Positions 49,302 through 61,232 are shown, counted from the whole stretch's first letter. The stretch: 61,454 nucleotides of DNA, filler included, from 5 parts of 5 records of this genome joined end to end with filler, not necessarily neighbours in it, one strand, 5' to 3'. Numbers and translations: made by a program. Notes: generated from the letters alone by a model not told the origin.

Positions 49302-50462
49302 CTATGTCATCCGGCCGGTTGTGTCAATATCATTTCCTTGGGAGCAGGCGGCGGCAATGGCCCGGATTTCGTCTTTCTCGAGCCTGCGGTTCAACCGGGC
49401 GCTGCTGTTTTTTATCTCCCGGGTGATGGCGTTGATCGTCATGGGATCGTAGGCGATGCCCTGCTGGTCAAGGTATTGGTTCACAAGCTTTTTGCCGCAC
49501 AGGACATTGATGAAAAAACGTTGCTCACGGCTGATGCCAAATCCCGCCCCCCCATGGGTCCCGGCCACATGGGTTTTTACCCCGGCACCGAAAAAGGGGG
49601 TGTTGTAGGTGAGAAGGGATTGGCCGGTCTGGTCTTTGCAAATGGTGTTTATGTAGTGGTAATAGGCCTTGAAGGTGTCCACATCCTCCAGGTTGAGGCT
49701 AAGGGTATATCCCTGGTCCTCCAGCACCCTTGCCGTGGTGTATAGGTCGGCCAGCCCGTTTCTTTCCCCCAGGCCCAGCACCGAGGCTTCCACCACGGTG
49801 GCGCCTGCCACGACGCCCATGACCGTGTTGGCCGATGCCATGCCCAGATCGTTGTGGCAGTGGATACTGAGGCGGGTGTCGGACCCGTTGGCAAGCCGGG
49901 AGATGGGGAGGATGGTTTCATGGATCTGGTTCGGTCCCATGATGCCCGAGGTGTCGGGCAGGGAGAGAATGTCAATGGAGAGCTCCCTGATCAGGTATCG
50001 GGCGGCCTTTGACAGAAAACCGGAATCTGTCCGTCCCATGTCCAGGATGGCAAGGGAAATGCAGGCCCCGGGACAGTGTTTCCTGATTTGTTCCACGGAC
50101 GCTGCCACGGTTTCAAAGATTTGGCCCGGCTCCTTGTTCCAGTCGTCCCGCCGCACATGGGCATGGAGGTGAAAATCCATGGTGCCGGTCCGGATCAGGA
50201 TGTCCGCATCCTCCGGGCAGGCCCGTCCCATGGCCGCAACCCGGGTGGTAACCCCGCGCTCTCGGGCATGATGGATCAGTTGTTTCAATTTTTCCTGTTC
50301 CGACACATGGGCCGGGGGGTAGCCGGCCTGGCAGATGTTTATGCCAAGGGCCGCCTGGAAGTCGAGCACGGTTCGGGCCTGGTCAGGGGAGAACATGATG
50401 CCCCTGTGCTGCATGCCTTCCCTCAGGGTCTCGTCGATGATGCGGATCTCGGTTTCTTTCAT
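49302..50462 (-). CDS. DRE-TIM metallolyase, homocitrate/isopropylmalate synthase-like, no regulatory domain
   Basis: IDETLREGMQ, LPDTSG, HCHNDLGMASAN, GLGERNG; start ATG 50462 behind AAAGGAGA. Confidence 0.82.
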   Translation of the reverse strand: MKETEIRIIDETLREGMQHRGIMFSPDQARTVLDFQAALGINICQAGYPPAHVSEQEKLKQLIHHARERGVTTRVAAMGRACPEDADILIRTGTMDFHLHAHVRRDDWNKEPGQIFETVAASVEQIRKHCPGACISLAILDMGRTDSGFLSKAARYLIRELSIDILSLPDTSGIMGPNQIHETILPISRLANGSDTRLSIHCHNDLGMASANTVMGVVAGATVVEASVLGLGERNGLADLYTTARVLEDQGYTLSLNLEDVDTFKAYYHYINTICKDQTGQSLLTYNTPFFGAGVKTHVAGTHGGAGFGISREQRFFINVLCGKKLVNQYLDQQGIAYDPMTINAITREIKNSSARLNRRLEKDEIRAIAAACSQGNDIDTTGRMT

Positions 50463-50640
50463 AGGTCGTTTCTCCTTTGCCGGAACTTTTGGGGGGTGAC
50501 GATGATTTGGTCGAAGTATATCTCCAAACGCTTGCCATGGTAAGGAAAATCTGAGAATTTTCAGGAATGTCCGGCTCTGGGGGCCGGTCCCATTCCCTTT
50601 TCCCACTTGACATCGGGTCTGGGGTTGATCTATGTAAGAC

Positions 50641-50803
50641 GGGTCAGGTGCTCCCATCGAGCATAATAGGGAATCCGGTGAAATTCCGGAACGGGCCCGC
50701 CGCTGTAATTGGGGACGAACGCCGCAGAGTGTCACTTTCGGAGTGTAAGCCGGAGGGAAGACGCGGCAATTAGGATGATCCAAGAGTCAGAAGACCTGCC
50801 TGA
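50641..50803 (+). ncRNA. Cobalamin riboswitch
   Basis: AGGTG...AATAGGGAATCCGGTGAAATTCCGGAACGGGCCCGCCGCTGTAA...CACT...GGGAAG...GAGTCAGAAGACCTGCC (B12 box); upstream of cbiK. Confidence 0.95.
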
Positions 50804-50865
50804 TAGTTTTGTGTCTCCCCGTGGATCAGGGATGGCATCATGATTTTCAGGTGAAGAAAAGGGAT

Positions 50866-50901
50866 ACCCTGGATCGATTGTGATCGGTTCGGGGTTTTTT
50901 T
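50866..50901 (+). terminator. Riboswitch expression-platform terminator
   Basis: ACCCTGGATCGAT-TGTG-ATCGGTTCGGGGT plus T-tract, between aptamer and cbiK start. Confidence 0.7.
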
Positions 50902-50948
50902 ATTGCTTCGAACTCTTTTGTTGAATCAATTTACAAAGAGGAAAACCA

Positions 50949-51824
50949 ATGCAAAAAAAAATTGTCTCGGTTCTTACCATCGTTCTGTTGCTGCTGCCGG
51001 CCCTGGTTCTTGCCCATGGCCATGATCGTCCCGAGAAAAAGGGCATCCTGCTGGTTGCCTTCGGTTCCAGTGTTCCCCAGGCCAGGGTGTCCTTCGATAA
51101 CATCGACAAAACCGTAAAAGCCACCTTCAAGGGGATGCCCGTCCGATGGGCCTACACCTCGGCCATTATTCGCAACAAGCTGGCCAAACAGGGGGAAGTG
51201 CTGGACAGCGTTGCCATGGCCCTTGCAAAAATGACGGACGAAGGGTTCACCCACGTGGCGGTGCAGTCCCTGCACACCATCCGTGGAGAAGAGTATGACG
51301 ATCTTACACGGACGGCCCGGGCCTTTGAAGGCATGCCCAACGGTATTGAGCATATCGTGATCGGAACGCCCCTGATTTCAAGCCAGGCGGATATCGAAGC
51401 CGTGGCCCAGGCTGTTGTCAGCAACATTCCCAAGGATAGAAAACCGGGTGAGGCCGTGGTGCTCATGGGACACGGAACTCCCCATCCTGCCAACGCCTTT
51501 TATGCGGCCCTGATGTTCAACCTCCAGAAGATCGATTCCAATATTTTTGTGGGGACGGTGGAGGGGGCCCCTGAAATTGACGAGATCCAGGGGATGCTGG
51601 CGAAAAACAAGGTCAAGAGCGCCTACCTCATTCCCTTCATGTCCGTTGCCGGGGACCACGCCCGGAACGACATGGCCGGCGATGAGGACGATTCCTGGAA
51701 GTCGATCCTGACCAAGGCGGGCATCGACTGCAAGACGGTTCTCAAGGGAACCGCTGAGTACGACAATATGGTCTCCATCTGGGTCAACCACCTGGCCCGG
51801 GCCCTGGAGCACTTCAAGGGATAG
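50949..51824 (+). CDS. cbiK: Sirohydrochlorin cobaltochelatase, exported CbiK(P)-type
   Basis: ILLVAFGSS, AYTS, QSLH, MGHGT, PFMSVAGDHARNDMAG; signal peptide followed by HGHD. Confidence 0.92.
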   Translation: MQKKIVSVLTIVLLLLPALVLAHGHDRPEKKGILLVAFGSSVPQARVSFDNIDKTVKATFKGMPVRWAYTSAIIRNKLAKQGEVLDSVAMALAKMTDEGFTHVAVQSLHTIRGEEYDDLTRTARAFEGMPNGIEHIVIGTPLISSQADIEAVAQAVVSNIPKDRKPGEAVVLMGHGTPHPANAFYAALMFNLQKIDSNIFVGTVEGAPEIDEIQGMLAKNKVKSAYLIPFMSVAGDHARNDMAGDEDDSWKSILTKAGIDCKTVLKGTAEYDNMVSIWVNHLARALEHFKG

Positions 51825-51960
51825 ATTATAACGATGGGGTCGGGCTTTTCCCTTGCCCTTTTTGTCCGTTTGATCTTGAAATACGGGCAAACAGTACAAT
51901 GGCACAAGCCTGGCCCCGTTGACCCGAATCCATCCCCGGAACATGAGCAAGGAGATAATC

Positions 51961-52263
51961 ATGAACAGTGACCATGTATTGAAGATTAAAAGGGCCGGCG
52001 CCATGGGCGCTGACACGGGGGCGTTTCCCATCTATACCATGAGGGACGGTTTTCTCTTCAGGACGGTTGCCCATCCCATGGGCTGGTCAGAGTATCCGGA
52101 TTACAAACTTGGAGAGGATGGGAAACTTTATCGGACAAAATACCATCTCCACGGCGTGGGCAAATTCCCCGAGTATGAGTTTGGAAAGGATGGAAAGCTA
52201 TATCGCACGGAAAACCATTTGCAGGGCCCCGGCAGCGAGCCTGATTTTGAGATCGTCGACTGA
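51961..52263 (+). CDS. Hypothetical 100-aa protein with three ~24-aa His-containing repeats
   Basis: P-x-Y...DG-x-L-Y/F-RT-x-x-H-x-x-G three times; GGAGA RBS before ATG 51961. Confidence 0.75.
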   Translation: MNSDHVLKIKRAGAMGADTGAFPIYTMRDGFLFRTVAHPMGWSEYPDYKLGEDGKLYRTKYHLHGVGKFPEYEFGKDGKLYRTENHLQGPGSEPDFEIVD

Positions 52264-52322
52264 ATATTTTAAATTCCTGTCCATTCCGGCTGGACGGGTG
52301 ATACAGGAGAGACCGACCCGCC

Positions 52323-52844
52323 ATGGATAGTGAATTACTGATCGTCAATACAGGATATGGAAAAGGAAAAACCACCGCAGCACTGGGGCTGGCCATGCGG
52401 GCCCTGGGCCACGGCTACCGGGTGTGCATCATTCAATTCATGAAGGGAAGCTGGGAGTACGGTGAATTGTTCTCTGCCGACCGGTTTGGTGACAACCTGG
52501 ATTTCCATGTGATGGGAAGGGGCTTTACCTGGCAATCCGACAACATTGAAAAGGACCGTGAAACCGCCGTGAATGCCTGGAACAGGGCCAAAGAGATCAT
52601 TTCTTCGGGAGAGCACAAGGTGGTGATCCTGGATGAACTCACTTACCTGATGACCTTCAAGTTTATCGATACCAGGGAGGCGGTCGCCTTTTTATCGGAT
52701 AAAAACCGGAAAAGCCATGTGGTGGTAACCGGAAGGGACGCCCCCCGGGCCCTCATCGACGCGGCCGACCTGGTGACCGAGATGAAGGAGGTCAAGCATC
52801 CCTACAAGTCCGGAATCATGGCCCAGAAGGGCATTGAATTTTAA
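52323..52844 (+). CDS. cobO: Cob(I)yrinic acid a,c-diamide adenosyltransferase
   Basis: NTGYGKGKTTAALG, IQFMKG, ILDE, TGRDAP, ADLVTEM..VKHP...GIEF. Confidence 0.93.
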   Translation: MDSELLIVNTGYGKGKTTAALGLAMRALGHGYRVCIIQFMKGSWEYGELFSADRFGDNLDFHVMGRGFTWQSDNIEKDRETAVNAWNRAKEIISSGEHKVVILDELTYLMTFKFIDTREAVAFLSDKNRKSHVVVTGRDAPRALIDAADLVTEMKEVKHPYKSGIMAQKGIEF

Positions 52845-54172
52845 GCGGTCTCGCAGCGGTTTCGACCGTTTGCCTTTGCCGCGTAAAGGGCCTTGTCCGC
52901 TCGTTTCAGGATGCTTTCCCGGGTATCCGGGCGGATCTGCTCGGTTATTCCAAGGCTGATGGAGACTGGGATCACCTTTTTCTGATACACGGCTGGGGCT
53001 GCCTCCACGGCCCTGCGGATTTTTTCCGCCGTTGCCAGGGCATGCTCGAGGGGACACTCCTTGAGGAGGATGAGAAACTCCTCCCCGCCCCACCGGCACA
53101 GGATATCATTGCTGCGTATGGTCCCGGCGGTGGCTTCCACCACCTTCTGAATGACATAGTCCCCTGCCATGTGGCCGTGGGTGTCGTTGATTTTTTTGAA
53201 GTGATCGATGTCAAACAGGATCAGGGAGAAGGGCTTGCGGTTCCGGGGGGCATCCTTCAACGCCTGGTCCATGATGATGTCAAATGCCCTGCGGTTGTAG
53301 ATGCCGGTGAGCTTGTCCGTGGAAGCCATCCGTGTGATCCGTTTCTGGTAGGCGGAAATGGTCAGGTTGGTGGCCATGAGGATCAAGGCGGTAATGACAA
53401 AGGATAAACACAGGTTCGCGATCAGGGTGTTACGGATATTTTGGATCGCCTCATCCCCCCGCTGTTCAACAAACAGATACCAGCCGAACTCCGGTATGTA
53501 CCGGTTGTTCACGTACACGGTTTCGCCGTTTTCCCGGTATTCAAAGGACAGGGGCTTTCCCTTGAGGATCTCCCCTTTGTGTTCGGCCATGCCCCGGACG
53601 TCGAATATGTTTTTCCGGGTTCCGGGAAAATCCTGGCCGTGGAGGGTCACCCTTCCGGTGGTGTCCGTAAAGTAGATGGTCCGATGGAAGTCCTTCTGGT
53701 AGGTGTTGATCAGCCGTTTTACGGCATGGATGGCAAGACCCACGCCGGTTGCCCCGATGTAGTTGCCCTCATAGTCATGGACCCGGTGGTTGATGAAAAT
53801 GGTCATGGTGTCCTTGTTGGCCATGTCCGGGTCGACGTTGATCTCATAGTCCGGGTTCATTTCCCTGATGCGGAAATACCATTGGTCCCGTTCCGTTTCC
53901 CTGCTGATGGTTTTGAGTATGCCGCCGGAGTAGTAGTACCGGTGTGTGGCCTCGGAGACGAAAAAGCTGGAAAAGGTGTTGTATTTGGTTTTTATCTCTT
54001 CAAGGTAATGGGCAATCTTTTGCGTGCCTTTTTCTCCCTGGAGCACCCAGTCCCTTAGAAAGGTGTCCGTTGCCATGAGGGAGGCGATAAAGATCGGTCT
54101 GAGCAGGTCTCTCTGGATCTCGGAATAGATGTTGTCACCCGTCAGGGGCAGTTCATTCTGGGTGATGTGGGA
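52841..54172 (-). CDS. Cache-sensor diguanylate cyclase, 5' truncated
   Basis: DKLTGIYNR, DIDHFKKINDTHGH, RSND I-site, RWGGEEF; frame open to contig edge (SHITQNELPLTGDNIYSEIQRDL). Confidence 0.92.
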   Translation of the reverse strand, partial: SHITQNELPLTGDNIYSEIQRDLLRPIFIASLMATDTFLRDWVLQGEKGTQKIAHYLEEIKTKYNTFSSFFVSEATHRYYYSGGILKTISRETERDQWYFRIREMNPDYEINVDPDMANKDTMTIFINHRVHDYEGNYIGATGVGLAIHAVKRLINTYQKDFHRTIYFTDTTGRVTLHGQDFPGTRKNIFDVRGMAEHKGEILKGKPLSFEYRENGETVYVNNRYIPEFGWYLFVEQRGDEAIQNIRNTLIANLCLSFVITALILMATNLTISAYQKRITRMASTDKLTGIYNRRAFDIIMDQALKDAPRNRKPFSLILFDIDHFKKINDTHGHMAGDYVIQKVVEATAGTIRSNDILCRWGGEEFLILLKECPLEHALATAEKIRRAVEAAPAVYQKKVIPVSISLGITEQIRPDTRESILKRADKALYAAKANGRNRCETA

Positions 54173-54272
54173 NNNNNNNNNNNNNNNNNNNNNNNNNNNN
54201 NNNNNNNNNNNNNNNNTTAATTAATTAANNNNNNNNNNNNNNNNNNNNNNNNNNNNNNNNNNNNNNNNNNNN
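54173..54272. other. Artificial contig spacer
   Basis: N44-TTAATTAATTAA-N44. Confidence 0.98.
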
Positions 54273-54273
54273 A

Positions 54274-54861
54274 AAAAACGACCAGCAATTTTGGGTATTA
54301 TCACGGTTATTGGTAAAAATTAAACGGCGTCCGAAATGGGGTGAAAAGTTTACCATTGAAACCTGGCCTGCCGGAACCGACGGATTACTGGCATTAAGAG
54401 ATATTCATTTTGTCGACGATAAAGGAGAAAGCCTTATTCAGTCCACAACAAGCTGGTTGGTCTTAAACCTAAAAACAAAACGAATTATAAAGTTGGAATT
54501 AGGATCGATACCCTTAAGTAACGAACGTATTTTAGCGAACAATGCCGGCAAAGTAAAAACGGCCAAATCAGATGAGAAGATTGAGTTTTCTCCGGTTCTT
54601 TTTAATGAAATAGACGTAAACCAACATTTTAATAGTGGTCGTTACCTGGAACGAATAATCGACAGTTATAATTTTGATTTTCACGAAGAAAATGAATTAA
54701 TGGAGTTTGAAGTAAACTTTGTAAAAGAAGGTGTTCCCACTGACCAAATGGGTGTTTGCAAGCAAATTATTGATAAAAAGAACCATATTTGTAGCGTAGT
54801 TCGCGAATGCGATGGTGCCGATTTAATACGAGCACGTTTGGTCTGGAGTCCCAGAAATTAG
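54274..54861 (+). CDS. Acyl-ACP thioesterase, 5' truncated
   Basis: FWVLSRL, IETWP, ALRD, TSW and catalytic-type EIDVNQHFNS. Confidence 0.85.
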   Translation, partial: KNDQQFWVLSRLLVKIKRRPKWGEKFTIETWPAGTDGLLALRDIHFVDDKGESLIQSTTSWLVLNLKTKRIIKLELGSIPLSNERILANNAGKVKTAKSDEKIEFSPVLFNEIDVNQHFNSGRYLERIIDSYNFDFHEENELMEFEVNFVKEGVPTDQMGVCKQIIDKKNHICSVVRECDGADLIRARLVWSPRN

Positions 54862-54955
54862 GGCTTCCGCAAAAATATCATCCTAAAAATATTGTAATCT
54901 CTTTTTCTTTTGTATTGAAAGCGAGATAAACAAACAAAAAAAAATCAGGCGATTT

Positions 54956-54965
54956 CAAACGTTTG
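54956..54965. promoter_or_regulatory. Candidate LacI-family operator
   Basis: Perfect palindrome CAAACGTTTG with central CG, about 100 nt upstream of GH97. Confidence 0.4.
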
Positions 54966-55034
54966 CATTGATTTTTAACAGCTTATTTCGTAATATTTAC
55001 ACTAACAGAAGCCAATAAGTTAAAGATTATTTAA

Positions 55035-57203
<2,169 letters not shown>

Positions 57204-57211
57204 TAATTCAC

Positions 57212-57237
57212 AAGAATGATTGGAAAGAATGATTGGA
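57212..57237 (+). repeat. 13-nt tandem duplication AAGAATGATTGGA x2
   Basis: Read directly after the GH97 stop. Confidence 0.85.
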
Positions 57238-57268
57238 AAGGGAGACAAAATGTGGCTCCCTTTTTTTT
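57237..57268 (+). terminator. Intrinsic terminator after GH97
   Basis: AAAGGGAG...CTCCCTTT stem plus T-tract. Confidence 0.75.
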
Positions 57269-57506
57269 ATTCAATAATTCCTTAAATGAAGCAATGTTTA
57301 TATCAAACACCTGAAAATGTTCAGGTAGAGTACCTGAAAAAAGCAACCGCACTTTTTTGTATTACCCGTTATCCGTTAAAATCCACTGCACTAAAAACAG
57401 CGGTTCTTTTTGATAATGAGTACGCTACTAACTTGACTTGAACGATAATATTTCCTAAATTGGACATACTGAGTGCTTAATTTATCCAAATAGAGAAAAG
57501 TCATCA

Positions 57507-59441
57507 ATGAACAATGTTGATAAAAACCCACAACGTGTAGACCTTGGAATAAACCAATGGATGTTGGTTTTTAAAAATAAAAAGGTTGAAAAAAAATTCC
57601 GGGAAGACTATTTCAATAAGTCATTATACCCTCTAAGGTTTGCACTCATAACCGTTACTTTGATCTATGCACTTTTCGGACTACTCGACCTTTTTACATC
57701 ACGACAATACCTCGCTGAATTTTATATGGTTCGGTTTCTTTTTGTAGTTCCCTTAATTACTCTTGTTTGGATCTTATCTTTTTTCAGGTTTTTTTGTAAG
57801 ATCTGGCAGGGGATTATTTCGATTATTTATTTTTTGGCAGGAAGCGGGGTTATTTACATGCTTTTGCGCAATCCTTCAAATGTTTATTATTACGGAGGAC
57901 TATTTCTAATTTTTATCGGTGGATATTTTTTCATCAGGCTTCATTTCAAAAATGCTTTAGCTACCGGACTAATTCTAATTGCTTTTTACAACACAAGCCC
58001 CCTGATCTTTCCTCAACTAAGTCAACTTAACTTCGATTTTTTTATCATTACCAACTCCTTCTTTTTGTCGGCTAACTTTATCGCAGCTTTTGCCCTCTAT
58101 AACTCGAAACTTATTGAACGAAGAGAATTCTTTCAGAACATGCTTTTACATGAACAACAAAAAGAAATTAAATCGATTAACGAAAACCTCGAAAAGAAAG
58201 TAAAAGACCGAACGCAACTGTTAGTTACCAGAAACAAGAAACTTTATGATGAAATAAAGAACCGAATCTCAATTGAGGAGCAACTTCGGATAGCCGTTCA
58301 TAAAGCAGAAGAAAGCGATCGATTGAAATCTGCATTTTTATCCAATATGAGCCATGAGATCAGAACTCCGATGAATGGTATTATAGGCTTTTTAGACATG
58401 ATATCAAATCCGGAGATAAGTAAAGATGAACAAGAACAATTTCTCGACCTCGTAAAAGAAAGTGGTAACCGGCTCTTGCAAACAATTAATGATATTGTTG
58501 AGATTTCAAAAATTGAAGCAGGGGCACTATCCGTTCATTATTCAAATGTCGATCTGGCAAAGACCTTTCACTATATTTCTCACTTTTCTTCCATCGATGC
58601 TAAAAAGAAGAATTTAAAACTAGTTGTTCCCAAGTTAAAAGATAAAATTGTAATCAAAACAGACAGCAATAAACTGGAATCGATATTATTAAACCTGGTA
58701 GATAACGCAATAAAATTCACTTCCAACGGAACGGTTATGGTCGATGTTAAGATCATAAAAGATAAACTTCGGTTTTCGGTAAAAGATACCGGACAAGGTA
58801 TACCACAAAACAGACATGTTGCCATATTTAATCGTTTCGTTCAAGCCGATACCAATTTAACCCGGGGACATGAAGGTTCGGGCTTGGGGCTATCCATATC
58901 AAAGGCTTACGTCGACTATCTTGGTGGTAAGATTTGGGTGGATTCAAAACCCCAGAAAGGCAGTACATTTTATTTCACTATAGCATACACTCCTGTTGAA
59001 CTGAAAAAAACAACAACCCAGAAAGCAAAAAAAACGATCCCCCGAATCAACCTGAGAGATATAAATGTTATAGTGGCCGAAGATGATGATTTAAGTTACG
59101 ACCTGATCCACACCATACTGACGAATGAGAGAATAAGAGTAACACGTGCCAGAAATGGACTGGAGGCAGTAGTACTTGTACAAAATGCAGAACCTATATT
59201 CTCAATGATATTTATGGATATTAAAATGCCGGTTATGGACGGAATTGAAGCCACCAAAAAAATACGCGAAATTGATCCTGATATACCAATTATTGCCCAA
59301 ACTGCCTTTGCACTATCTGGCGATAAAGAGTTGGCAATAAAAGCCGGGTGCAACGATTATCTTGCAAAACCTCTAAAACGTAATCGTTTGATTGATGTAT
59401 TACACCGATTTTCAGAAACAACATTAAGCAATAAAAATTAA
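57507..59441 (+). CDS. Membrane-bound hybrid histidine kinase/response regulator
   Basis: About 6 TM helices, MSHEIRTPMN H-box, NAIKFT, DTGQG, GSGLGL, REC domain (AEDD, FMDIKMP, KP). Confidence 0.93.
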   Translation: MNNVDKNPQRVDLGINQWMLVFKNKKVEKKFREDYFNKSLYPLRFALITVTLIYALFGLLDLFTSRQYLAEFYMVRFLFVVPLITLVWILSFFRFFCKIWQGIISIIYFLAGSGVIYMLLRNPSNVYYYGGLFLIFIGGYFFIRLHFKNALATGLILIAFYNTSPLIFPQLSQLNFDFFIITNSFFLSANFIAAFALYNSKLIERREFFQNMLLHEQQKEIKSINENLEKKVKDRTQLLVTRNKKLYDEIKNRISIEEQLRIAVHKAEESDRLKSAFLSNMSHEIRTPMNGIIGFLDMISNPEISKDEQEQFLDLVKESGNRLLQTINDIVEISKIEAGALSVHYSNVDLAKTFHYISHFSSIDAKKKNLKLVVPKLKDKIVIKTDSNKLESILLNLVDNAIKFTSNGTVMVDVKIIKDKLRFSVKDTGQGIPQNRHVAIFNRFVQADTNLTRGHEGSGLGLSISKAYVDYLGGKIWVDSKPQKGSTFYFTIAYTPVELKKTTTQKAKKTIPRINLRDINVIVAEDDDLSYDLIHTILTNERIRVTRARNGLEAVVLVQNAEPIFSMIFMDIKMPVMDGIEATKKIREIDPDIPIIAQTAFALSGDKELAIKAGCNDYLAKPLKRNRLIDVLHRFSETTLSNKN

Positions 59442-60376
59442 CTCATTAATGCAACAATAGCATCAACCTTTTCGTCCATAGGTAAATGGCCATCAATCCA
59501 ATGAATCTTAGTTCCACGTTTTTCCATACCACGAAACCAGGTCATTTGGCGCTTGGCAAACTGATGAATCGCAATCTCAAGTTTTCTGAACATTTCGTCG
59601 AAAGTTAATTCACCAATTAAATGAAGGGTTAAGAATTTATATTCAAGGCCATAATAGATCAACTGCTCGGGAGTTAAACCCGAATCAAGTAATTTTTGTA
59701 CCTCATCAAGCATTCCCTCTTCCAACCGTTGCTTTAAACGAATCGAAATCCGATCACGACGCATTTGGCGATCAAAATCAATACCAACATTCAGGCTTTC
59801 AATTTTTGGCATTTCTGATTCTTCCTGAGCATGCTCGGCATAATATTTCTCAATTTCTATGGCACGAATTACCCTTCGGTCAGTCTCAACATCTGTTTCA
59901 TTGTGTAAATTGGGTTTCAGTTTTCTTAAAATATCTGTGAGTTCTTCCAGACTTTTACCTTCTAATTTTTTTCTTAACCCTTTGTTCGGAGGAACTTCAA
60001 TTAAACGGTAATTTTTTAATACAGCCTCCAGATACAAACCACTTCCTCCACACAATACAGGAAACTTGTTACGCAACCGGATATCATTAAATACTTGAAT
60101 GAAATCAGTTTGAAAACGATAAACATTATAATGCACTCCGGCATCTTCAATATCAACTAAATGAGAAGGGACCTCAACACCGTCAACAAAATAATCCTCG
60201 TAATCTTTACCGGTTCCAAGATCCATTCCACGGTATACCTGCCGTGAATCTGCCGAAATTACCTCTCCCTCTAGTCGCGAAGCCAAATGTGCAGCCAATC
60301 CCGTTTTCCCGGTTGCTGTGGGTCCTAATATGGTTACTAGATTGTATCTCAAGTTCTTTAGTTTTTCTGTTTGCAA
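59438..60376 (-). CDS. miaA: tRNA dimethylallyltransferase
   Basis: GPTATGKT, SADSRQVYRGMDLGTGK, GGSGLY, FAKRQMTWF. Confidence 0.95.
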   Translation of the reverse strand: MQTEKLKNLRYNLVTILGPTATGKTGLAAHLASRLEGEVISADSRQVYRGMDLGTGKDYEDYFVDGVEVPSHLVDIEDAGVHYNVYRFQTDFIQVFNDIRLRNKFPVLCGGSGLYLEAVLKNYRLIEVPPNKGLRKKLEGKSLEELTDILRKLKPNLHNETDVETDRRVIRAIEIEKYYAEHAQEESEMPKIESLNVGIDFDRQMRRDRISIRLKQRLEEGMLDEVQKLLDSGLTPEQLIYYGLEYKFLTLHLIGELTFDEMFRKLEIAIHQFAKRQMTWFRGMEKRGTKIHWIDGHLPMDEKVDAIVALMS

Positions 60377-60545
60377 AGAAACGAAATAATAACATTATTT
60401 AAAATACGCTAGAAAATGCAAGAGTTTATGTACAAATAGAACCATTAAATCGAACACTTATTAATTTTTTTAATTACTTCGTCATTTTTTCTGAAATTAT
60501 TGCCAAATGCATTATCTTTGAAAGCTAAATTTAAATGGTTCGTAT

Positions 60546-61175
60546 ATGATAAAAGAAGCTTGCGTTGAGTCTTTGGCAGAGGCCTTAAAGGCTCAAAAGA
60601 ATGGAGCCGATAGAATCGAATTATGTGCTGATTTAGCCAACGACGGTTTAACACCTTCGTTTGGACTAATGAAAAAGGCATGTTCGCAACTGAATATTCC
60701 GGTTATGGTTATGGCCCGTCCTCGTGCAGGTAACTTTGTATATTCCGATGAAGAGTTGGTACAAATGAAAATTGCCATTAATTATGCCAAAGAAGCCGGA
60801 GCTGATGGGATTGTTCTGGGTATATTAACTCCCGACAACCAAATCAACGAACAACATACTCGTATGCTGGCAGATTATGCAAAACCGCTTCCGGTTACCT
60901 TTCATAAAGCAATTGATGAATTAAACAACCCGGTTGAAGGAGTTAAGGTGCTAAAAGGAATTCCCAACATAAAAAGAATTCTTACATCAGGAGGTAAACC
61001 AACAGCTCTTGAGGGGCAATCAATCCTGCGCGAAATGATTTCTGTTACTGAAGATAAAATTACCATTCTGGTTGCAGGCAAAGTAACACTGCAAAATGTA
61101 GAAGAAATTCAGAAAATTACCGGAACCAGTGAGCTTCACGGAAGAAAAATTGTTGGGAATTTAACCGAAAACTAG
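60546..61175 (+). CDS. cutC: CutC family (copper homeostasis) TIM-barrel protein
   Basis: GADRIELC, GLTPS, RPRAGNFVY, TFHKAID, RILTSGG. Confidence 0.92.
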   Translation: MIKEACVESLAEALKAQKNGADRIELCADLANDGLTPSFGLMKKACSQLNIPVMVMARPRAGNFVYSDEELVQMKIAINYAKEAGADGIVLGILTPDNQINEQHTRMLADYAKPLPVTFHKAIDELNNPVEGVKVLKGIPNIKRILTSGGKPTALEGQSILREMISVTEDKITILVAGKVTLQNVEEIQKITGTSELHGRKIVGNLTEN

Positions 61176-61232
61176 CAACTCAAAGTTACCGCGTTTAGAA
61201 CAAATATGATATACTTATTAAAAATCAACAAC

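Noticed and set aside
50463..50783. 107-aa N-terminal extension of the DRE-TIM ORF, and ORF 50567-50773
   Set aside because: They overlap the cobalamin riboswitch and its promoter; the real start is ATG 50462 with an RBS
48203..54058. Antisense ORFs 48203-49186, 51378-52031 and 53441-54058
   Set aside because: Mirror frames of M20, cbiK and GGDEF genes
20099..54272. Recurrent TTAATTAATTAA as a biological repeat, and GC shifts as horizontal transfer
   Set aside because: Always centred in N44 padding; a synthetic six-frame-stop linker between contigs
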